Shown in pieces: positions 57,413-64,000 of a DNA stretch of 64,000 nucleotides. Position 1 is the stretch's first letter. Each line of letters begins with the position of its first letter. The notes below the pieces were generated by a model. It did not search any database. It saw nothing but the letters and a program-made list of their open reading frames with translations, and was not told where the DNA came from. Location of the stretch: contig CAIOGI010000001.1 of NCBI GenBank assembly GCA_903857825.1, positions 40,698-104,697 of the forward strand, in the 5' to 3' direction. Made by a program: the position numbers and the translations under genes. This DNA is from Candidatus Tayloriibacteriota bacterium (GTDB lineage: Bacteria > Patescibacteriota > Minisyncoccia > Phycocordibacterales > PALSA-1337).

Positions 57413-58984
57413 TTATTTAATTGTAGGAATTGAAAAATAAAATGTGCTACCTTTTCCTATGCCGTCTGATTCAACCCACATTTTACCCTTATGATGTTTC
57501 ACTATTTCTTTAGAGATAAATAATCCAATTCCCATACCTTCGGTATCTGTTGTCCTTGCCTCATTTGTTCTGTAGAATTTCTCAAAAATCATTGGAAGTT
57601 CTGCCTTGTCTATACCAATTCCAGTATCTTTAACAGAAAAAACTGCCTCATTCTTTACTTTTTTAATCTTTATAATAATGGTGCCACCTTCTTTTGTATA
57701 ATGAATCGCATTCTCTATAAATGATTGTATTACAAATCTAATCCTTGCCACATCGCACATAACAAATATATCAGGCTCCATTTCTTTTATTAGTCCAGTT
57801 TTTCTTATCTGAATTTGCCTAGCAAGTGATTGAATTACATGTTCCACTTCTCCAGATATATTATTTTTCACCGGAACATAGTTGAATAAGTTTTTTTCAG
57901 AACTCGATGTGTTCATTAGTAAATCTGTTAGTTCGACAAGCTTGCTGTTTGAGTTTTTTATATATTCAATTTGTTCGAATGCTGCATCTGGCAAGTCCAT
58001 GGCTGTTAGGTTTTCAGTCGCCCATTTTATGCCCGTTAAAGGTGTGCGAAATTTATGTGTGATTGTTGTTATGAATTCATAACGGAGAAGATCGCCCTTT
58101 CTAAGGTTCTTCCATACGAGTATGCCTACGATCACAGTAAGAAGTGAAGATATGATAATTGTTGCCTTTGATGAATAAAAAGGTATAAGCGAAATTATCC
58201 ATGAATCTAGATAATTAAATAAGATAATTATCCCTCCTATTATTGTAATTCCTATAGAATATGAAAAAGCTTGTTTGGCAACAACCCTAACATTAAATAG
58301 TTCATATCTTATCGCTGCGTATATTAATGGTATTGAAAGTAATGCGGCAAAGGACATTCCCCATATAGGATCAATGGCGATATCATAAACTAGAAAGTTA
58401 GGAATGAAACCAATAAAATATCCAATAATAATTACAAAAAGTGCATAAATATAATGTCTTCTATCTACCTCCGAAATAGAATCATAGTATGCTTTTATTA
58501 ATATATAAATCAAGTAGGGAAGAGTTATACCAAATAGAAAAGCTAATCTCATCCAATTAAACTGACCAGGTACATAATAATTGGTAAAATACATCTTTGG
58601 AACCGATGATAAAAGGAAAAGATTTGGTGAAATCAAAAATACTATAATAAATACAAAACTAGTTATATAGAAAAAAATTATCATCCATCTTTTTTTAATA
58701 TCTTCTTCCACTAGTGCTAGTATCGCATGGACATTTGTAGATGCTATTGTAAACATCGAGAGATTAAACATAAAGAGTATCGTTGCAACTTTTGGATCTT
58801 GAGTATTTACTCCTATAACATGAGATAAACTAAATATGGCTATACTTAGCATTGTTAGTGAAAGAGCACGACCGGATATCTTTTTTTGTCCATTCATAAA
58901 CAAAAAGAGTGCCATTGCTAAAGCAACTATTGTAGAAATAATAGAGAGAACATTATGAAGAATTAAATAAAGCTCTGGACTCAT
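57413..58984 (-). CDS. Multi-pass membrane sensor histidine kinase
   Basis: About 8 transmembrane helices, then HisKA (ITHKFRTPLTGI) and HATPase_c (...VKDTGIGI..., GMGIGLFISKEIV). Confidence 0.85.
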   Translation of the reverse strand: MSPELYLILHNVLSIISTIVALAMALFLFMNGQKKISGRALSLTMLSIAIFSLSHVIGVNTQDPKVATILFMFNLSMFTIASTNVHAILALVEEDIKKRWMIIFFYITSFVFIIVFLISPNLFLLSSVPKMYFTNYYVPGQFNWMRLAFLFGITLPYLIYILIKAYYDSISEVDRRHYIYALFVIIIGYFIGFIPNFLVYDIAIDPIWGMSFAALLSIPLIYAAIRYELFNVRVVAKQAFSYSIGITIIGGIIILFNYLDSWIISLIPFYSSKATIIISSLLTVIVGILVWKNLRKGDLLRYEFITTITHKFRTPLTGIKWATENLTAMDLPDAAFEQIEYIKNSNSKLVELTDLLMNTSSSEKNLFNYVPVKNNISGEVEHVIQSLARQIQIRKTGLIKEMEPDIFVMCDVARIRFVIQSFIENAIHYTKEGGTIIIKIKKVKNEAVFSVKDTGIGIDKAELPMIFEKFYRTNEARTTDTEGMGIGLFISKEIVKHHKGKMWVESDGIGKGSTFYFSIPTIK

Positions 58985-59150
58985 GGGAGTATTTTAGCAT
59001 GAAATTTAAATATCTATGGCTAGTTTTTGCACTTTTTCAGATTTTGACTTTGTGGTCAGGAATAATTTTGTTTTCGTCGAAACAAAATTTTCATGACCTT
59101 ACCTCGTCTATTTTTTCTACTGAAAAAATATGACTGCGGTTCGCACAGCT

Positions 59151-59178
59151 AAAAAATCTGCAGAAGTGCAGATTTTTC
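59151..59178. terminator. Bidirectional terminator (AAAAA-atctgca-gaag-tgcagat-TTTTT) downstream of the tRNA
   Basis: A perfect palindrome flanked by A and T runs. Confidence 0.6.
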
Positions 59179-59187
59179 TTAACGCTG

Positions 59188-59260
59188 TGCGCCCAGTTGG
59201 AATCGAACCAACGACCCACTCCTTAAAAGGGAGTTGCTCTACCGACTGAGCTATGGGCGC
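59188..59260 (-). tRNA. tRNA-Lys (anticodon UUU)
   Basis: Hand-folded: acceptor GCGCCCA/TGGGCGC, D-arm GCTC-AGTCGGTA-GAGC, anticodon stem ACTCC/GGAGT with loop CTTTTAA, and T-arm GTTGG-TTCGATT-CCAAC. Confidence 0.85.
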
Positions 59261-59389
59261 GTTATTAATTTTTTACTGACTTGTCAAACATGCCGCCTAT
59301 ATGATTTGGGCCTACCAAAACAGCTATGGGCGCATTACTTCACACAAAAAGACTGTATGAAATGATATTACCACAAAAAATATAATTGG

Positions 59390-59758
59390 CTAGAGGGGAA
59401 GGTCAAATCCGAATGCTCCCGCTCCTGTGAATATAACTGATAAAGCCATAGCAAAGAGTAATAAATAGTAGTTAATTCCATCATTTAGAAACTTCCCATC
59501 AGATATTTTATGGCCAATTTTTATTACCAAAATAATTGCATTTATAAAAGCCGCTAGCTGAGCAAAAAGACCGATTACTAAAAATACTGCCACAGCGATT
59601 TCCAATATTCCATACAATTTACTGTTGCTACCTGAACTAGTGCCTTTTTCTATTGTTTTTCTATATCCAAAATACGCAAGAGTGATTCCCAACATAACCC
59701 TTATTATAAAAGGTCCTAACGCTTCATAAGCTAAAAGAGATGGAAAAAGTGATAACAT
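59390..59758 (-). CDS. DoxX-family membrane protein
   Basis: Four transmembrane helices, with ...RVMLGITLAYFGYRK... matching the DoxX pattern. Confidence 0.65.
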   Translation of the reverse strand: MLSLFPSLLAYEALGPFIIRVMLGITLAYFGYRKTIEKGTSSGSNSKLYGILEIAVAVFLVIGLFAQLAAFINAIILVIKIGHKISDGKFLNDGINYYLLLFAMALSVIFTGAGAFGFDLPL

Positions 59759-59793
59759 ATTGATATTTAATTAATTTACTATAAAGTAGCTAT

Positions 59794-60291
59794 ATGATAT
59801 CACAAAAAAGAGAAGCAGAACATAAAGATGTGTCGATACTGCTCCACAACATAAGAAGTACATATAATGTCGGTTCTATATTCCGAACAGCTGATGCTGT
59901 TGGCGTTTCTAAAATATATCTATCTGGATATACTCCAGCCCCTGTGGATCGTTTCGGTAGGAATCGTCAAGATATTTCTCGTGCTTCGTTGGGAGCAGAA
60001 AAAACAGTAGCTTGGGAAAGTGTCGATAGTCCTTTCGAGTTGATTAAAGAATTAAAGAAAGAAAAAGTAAAAATAATTGGATTAGAGCAAGATAAAAAGT
60101 CTATTGATTATAAAGAGATAAATTTAGATCAGAGGAGTTTAATAATATTAGGAGAAGAGGTAAGTGGTATAGAAAAGAAATTAATTGATCTTTGTGATCA
60201 GATAGTTGAGATACCAATGTTTGGGAAAAAAGAGTCGCTGAACGTATCGGTGGCCACAGGAGTACTTCTTTATAGAATTATGAAAATATAA
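59794..60291 (+). CDS. SpoU/TrmH-family (SPOUT) RNA 2'-O-methyltransferase
   Basis: NVGSIFRTADAVGV, IIGLEQ and LNVSVATGVLLY. Confidence 0.85.
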   Translation: MISQKREAEHKDVSILLHNIRSTYNVGSIFRTADAVGVSKIYLSGYTPAPVDRFGRNRQDISRASLGAEKTVAWESVDSPFELIKELKKEKVKIIGLEQDKKSIDYKEINLDQRSLIILGEEVSGIEKKLIDLCDQIVEIPMFGKKESLNVSVATGVLLYRIMKI

Positions 60292-60450
60292 GCAAAACAC
60301 CCCGTGAGGGGTGTTTTGCCAAAGACTAGGTTGTCTTTGGTGGACACGTACATTCAGCTGCTGGCTTTTCACATGTTGGGCAAGTTGCTTCACTCATAAA
60401 TTGTTTAGAAATTAAGGCGAATAATTTCGACCGACTCGATTACTATTATA

Positions 60451-61320
60451 CTACTTAATCGCCTGATGTGCATTACAATAATGTGTTCCTCTACCACCTA
60501 CAACTATTCGAACGATCTTTCCTCCACAACCCTTTTTAAGACAAGTAGATCCAGTCTTTCTATACGCCATATGTTGTTCCTGGAATTTTTCTCTTTCGCC
60601 ATGAATATTCCTATAGTCTGACATCGAGTCGCCTCCAAAGTCTATGCCACAAGAAAGTGTTTTTTGAATGGCTGTGTATAATATTTTTCTCTGTTTAATT
60701 GAAATCTCGCCCACTAGTTTTTCTGGATGAATTCCAGCACGCCACAGACTTTCGTCTGCATAAATATTACCGATGCCGGCAATTATACTTTGATCCATTA
60801 ATACTAGTTTAACTTTTTTATTTAATTGTTTGTTGATTTGATTATTAAAGGATTCGAAAGTGAATTTCTTTTCAAGTGGTTCTGGGCCAATATCTTTCAA
60901 ATGCTCTGTCTCTAGCAGGGAAGTAGTTTTTAAAAGAGTGACCTTCGCGAATTTTCTAGAGTCACAAAGCTCCATGGTTTTTCCATTTGATAAATAAAAT
61001 ATCAGTCTGATATGTCTATTGTAAGGGTCCTTCCTGTTGAAGTCGCCATACATGACATGACCAGTCATTTTCATGTGAATGAGAATGATGTAGCCATTTG
61101 ATAATTCAATCAATATGTTTTTACCCCTACGGCTTACACCCGTTATCCTAGATCCAATTATTGTTTTTTTGAAATATTTAAAATACTCAGGATCCTTTAT
61201 CGTATTTGACCCGTAGAAATATGGACTATTGTACTCAGTCCAAACATCATTAATAACAAGACCAGGGATAAACCGGTTCAATCCAGCCACTGTGGTTTGT
61301 ACTTCTGGCAATTCTGGCAT
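60451..61320 (-). CDS. mutM: Formamidopyrimidine-DNA glycosylase (Fpg/Nei family)
   Basis: MPELPEVQT (the N-terminal catalytic Pro and Glu), H2TH, and a C-terminal zinc finger C..C...C..C. Confidence 0.9.
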   Translation of the reverse strand: MPELPEVQTTVAGLNRFIPGLVINDVWTEYNSPYFYGSNTIKDPEYFKYFKKTIIGSRITGVSRRGKNILIELSNGYIILIHMKMTGHVMYGDFNRKDPYNRHIRLIFYLSNGKTMELCDSRKFAKVTLLKTTSLLETEHLKDIGPEPLEKKFTFESFNNQINKQLNKKVKLVLMDQSIIAGIGNIYADESLWRAGIHPEKLVGEISIKQRKILYTAIQKTLSCGIDFGGDSMSDYRNIHGEREKFQEQHMAYRKTGSTCLKKGCGGKIVRIVVGGRGTHYCNAHQAIK

Positions 61321-61377
61321 ACAATTCTTATAATATCAGAGTAATTCCATTTTAATCAATTCAAATTTATTTAATAA

Positions 61378-62643
61378 ATGAAAATCAATAAACACATTTT
61401 AATTACTTTTGTGGCATGCATCATTCTCGGCGTGCCTTGGTTGATAAACAAATATCCACAAAGTATGAACTTTATAGATGGTGTGTTCTACTATGTCAAT
61501 AACAATTATGCTGCAGTTTTTTTAAACAAATCAATTACTGTAAATGATTTGCATAATAAGTATGGTGCTGTTGCGGACGGCAATCCCAAGGTGCGCATAC
61601 TAATTGTTCCTGGACATGAGCCAGATTTCGGGGGAACCGAGTATAAGAATTTAAAAGAAAGAGATTTAAATGTAGAATTAGCAAAAAAATTGGAGGAATT
61701 TCTAAAAAGAAATGATCACTATGAAGCTATAATTGCGAGAGACAATAAGTCTTGGAATACGGATCTAGAAAATTATTTTACAAATAACTGGAAAGATATA
61801 ATTGCTTTTTTTAAGCAGAGAAAGGAAAATATGATTCACTTGGTAAATAGTGGAGAAGTAAAAAAAGCAACAAATGGAGTTAAGCACAATGCAGCACCTC
61901 AGAATGTTGCACTAAGACTTTATGGGATAAATAAATGGGTTAATGAGAATAAGGTTGATATTGCAATACATATTCATTTTAATGATTATCCGAGAAGTGG
62001 TGATTCATCAGCTGGGAAGTATTCTGGTCTATCTATCTATGTTCCAGAAAGGCAATATTCAAATAGCACCACGACAAGGGTGATAGCTGAAGCCGTATTC
62101 AATAGGCTTTCAAAATACAATGCTGTTAGTAATTTGCCAAAAGAAGAAAATGGAGTAAATGAAGATCAAGACCTGATAGCTATTGGATCATACAACACCC
62201 TTGATGCTCCAAGTATGCTTATTGAGTATGGTTACATATATGAACCGCAGTTTGCTGATGCAGAGGTTAGGGATGCTATTTTCAAAGATTTGGCCTTTCA
62301 GACCTATCTCGGACTACAGGACTTCTTTGGTGGACCAAATGATGTGTCAGTAGCATATGACACTCTAATGTTGCCTTATGATTGGAAAGATACACTGAAG
62401 AAAAATGGAACAAATAATAATAAAGATGTTTTGGCATTACAGACGGCACTACTTTTAGAAGGGGTATACCCTGGTGATGGTAAAACAAAAAATGACTGTC
62501 CTATAACGGGCAAGTTCGGAGCTTGTACAGCTGAGGCTGTTAGTCAGTATCAGAAAAAATATGGAATAACCGGAGAGAGTGGTGTTGCTGGTAGTAAAAC
62601 TTTAAGGTCATTAAATGGGGAATACTCACTAAATATTAGATAG
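61378..62643 (+). CDS. N-acetylmuramoyl-L-alanine amidase (Amidase_3 type) with a C-terminal peptidoglycan-binding domain
   Basis: ILIVPGHEPDFGGTEY, IHIHFNDY, and C-terminal ...LALQTALLLEGVYPGDG...TGKFGACTAEAVSQYQKKYGI (PG_binding_1-like). Confidence 0.75.
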   Translation: MKINKHILITFVACIILGVPWLINKYPQSMNFIDGVFYYVNNNYAAVFLNKSITVNDLHNKYGAVADGNPKVRILIVPGHEPDFGGTEYKNLKERDLNVELAKKLEEFLKRNDHYEAIIARDNKSWNTDLENYFTNNWKDIIAFFKQRKENMIHLVNSGEVKKATNGVKHNAAPQNVALRLYGINKWVNENKVDIAIHIHFNDYPRSGDSSAGKYSGLSIYVPERQYSNSTTTRVIAEAVFNRLSKYNAVSNLPKEENGVNEDQDLIAIGSYNTLDAPSMLIEYGYIYEPQFADAEVRDAIFKDLAFQTYLGLQDFFGGPNDVSVAYDTLMLPYDWKDTLKKNGTNNNKDVLALQTALLLEGVYPGDGKTKNDCPITGKFGACTAEAVSQYQKKYGITGESGVAGSKTLRSLNGEYSLNIR

Positions 62644-63907
62644 AAGAAAGTAACTTCTTTAATTCTTCTCGTGCGACAGTGGCGTCATCCCAAGGAGTCT
62701 TGGTACCATTTGGGCCCATTATGCATGGGTCAGTTCCTTTTCCGGTTATTAGAATACTATCACCAGTTTTTGCGTGTTTTATTGCTTCAGCGATTGCTAT
62801 TCTTCTGTCCATAATAATCGTGGGCTCTTTGTCTTTTATGCCAAGTGCGACATCAGCAACAATTTTATCAGGATTTTCATCATAAGGATCTTCGTTTGTA
62901 AGAAAGATTTCATCGCAATATGCGTCTGCTATTCTACCCATCTCTTTTCTTTTCCAATTATCTCTGCCTCCACCAGTACCACCTAAAACACAAATATTCC
63001 TTGAACCTTCAAATACTTGATATACCTTTTCTAGTGAATCTGGAGTGTGAGCGTAATCAACAATTACATTGAAATCCTGACCCTCAAGTATTTTTTCTAC
63101 TCTTCCTCGTACGCCATTAAACTTTTCTACTGTACGAATAATTACTTCATCCGATATTCCGAGGTTCTTGGCACACACCATGCCAGCGAGTAGATTGTAT
63201 AAATTAAATAAACCTGAAAGATTTGAGTGTATTCGTCTTCCTGCAAAACTAAATGAAATACCATCGAGTCCCACACTATAGGGTTCTGCGTCTTTTGTAC
63301 TATAGGTTGTTTTTTTGTCCGAGTCGCATGATAGGAATCTTTGGCTCTCTTTATCATCAGCATTTGCAACTATTATTCTTTCTGATTTTTTTGAGTTTAT
63401 CATTTCACATGCAATCTTTACTTTTGCATTTATATATTCTTCATATGTTCCATGAGACTCTATATGCTCAGGTGAAAGATTTGTAAAAACAAATGAGTCT
63501 AATTGTATAAATTTATGACGAAATTGAATTGTACCTTGAGATGTCATCTCTAAAATAACATAATCGCACTTTGCTTTCACTGCTTTTCTGATAAGTCTCT
63601 GTACAAAAAATCTTCCTGGCATGGACATTTTGAATTTATTGTCTGTCGATTCTTTGTCAATTTTATACCTAATGGTATTGGACACCGCGGTTTTGTATCC
63701 AGCTTCCTCTATGATTGCATTGATTATTTCTGTCGTGGTACTTTTTCCTTTTGTTCCTGTTACGCCAATTACTTTGATTTTTCTAGATGGAAAACGATAA
63801 TAGACAGCAGCTGCAAGTGCCAGTGTATAGTGATAGGCTGGTTGAAAAAATGAAAAAACCTTTATCGGTATATATTTTTTTATTTTTATTAGTATTTTAT
63901 CAAGCAT
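62636..63907 (-). CDS. murE: UDP-N-acetylmuramoyl-L-alanyl-D-glutamate--2,6-diaminopimelate (or L-Lys) ligase. The N-terminal domain is short.
   Basis: GVTGTKGKSTT (the P-loop), DYAHTPDSL and the Mur ligase C-domain. Confidence 0.8.
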   Translation of the reverse strand: MLDKILIKIKKYIPIKVFSFFQPAYHYTLALAAAVYYRFPSRKIKVIGVTGTKGKSTTTEIINAIIEEAGYKTAVSNTIRYKIDKESTDNKFKMSMPGRFFVQRLIRKAVKAKCDYVILEMTSQGTIQFRHKFIQLDSFVFTNLSPEHIESHGTYEEYINAKVKIACEMINSKKSERIIVANADDKESQRFLSCDSDKKTTYSTKDAEPYSVGLDGISFSFAGRRIHSNLSGLFNLYNLLAGMVCAKNLGISDEVIIRTVEKFNGVRGRVEKILEGQDFNVIVDYAHTPDSLEKVYQVFEGSRNICVLGGTGGGRDNWKRKEMGRIADAYCDEIFLTNEDPYDENPDKIVADVALGIKDKEPTIIMDRRIAIAEAIKHAKTGDSILITGKGTDPCIMGPNGTKTPWDDATVAREELKKLLSSI

Positions 63908-63925
63908 TTTATTATTTTATTTACC

Positions 63926-64000
63926 TAGTATTTTTAAAGCCTCTTTTATCTTATCGCTCGTTTTTTCTTTATCTTTTGAAACTTCTTTTAATGCATCACG
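63926..64000 (-). CDS. 3' end of an unidentified minus-strand CDS that runs off the window
   Basis: The open frame on the minus strand ends ...EALKILGK*. This is a weak call. Confidence 0.25.

Noticed and set aside
1-64000. CRISPR arrays, rRNA genes, and transposase/IS elements
   Set aside because: Reading both strands, I found no regularly spaced short direct repeats, no rRNA-like conserved blocks and no transposase or integrase ORF other than the Xer recombinase. I could not run a computational repeat search, so short or degenerate arrays could have been missed.

Overview
This is an AT-rich bacterial chromosome segment (about 30-35% GC by eye, not computed) with compact gene spacing and the standard genetic code. 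It spans the chromosomal origin region: rpmH-rnpA-yidC on the minus strand, then dnaA-dnaN on the plus strand, with a perfect DnaA box in the dnaA-dnaN spacer. The core genes are typical housekeeping genes: rpsO, pnp, comM/yifB, pcrA, rsmA, PBP1A, tyrS, ruvC, yebC, ruvB, pilB, tsaE, polA, holA-like, fpg, murE, an Xth nuclease, peptidoglycan hydrolases and one tRNA-Lys(UUU). The small proteins, reduced gene set and low GC fit a Patescibacteria/CPR-like organism, but that is an inference, not a certainty.

Several accessory structures are layered on this backbone:
- An intein carrying a LAGLIDADG homing endonuclease sits inside the catalytic RH...Y region of a XerC/D-type tyrosine recombinase.
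- A roughly 7.7 kb accessory island splits the normally adjacent rpsO-pnp pair. It carries NYN, DinD/Bro-N, Fic, an orphan receiver domain, a TrmB-like regulator, an AbiEi/AbiEii pair and a frameshifted nucleotidyltransferase. It ends in a 37-bp direct duplication of the pnp 5' end.
- A second single-gene cassette (DUF4143 AAA ATPase) is flanked by a 40-bp duplication of the rsmA 3' end.
- A family of roughly 100-140 bp palindromic intergenic repeats, with four copies, sits exactly at gene stops.
- An 11-kb plus-strand operon of secreted and membrane proteins includes a VirB4-like ATPase and a VirB6/TrbL-like polytopic protein, which makes it a T4SS-like envelope system.
- Two tandem high-GC secreted-protein mini-cassettes (about 60% GC by eye) are each driven by a near-identical consensus promoter plus a 5' leader hairpin, and each ends in a similar terminator. 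A third small high-GC ORF lies downstream of polA.
- Two candidate structured ncRNAs sit in unusually GC-rich or hairpin-rich gaps.
- A RelBE-type toxin-antitoxin pair is also present.
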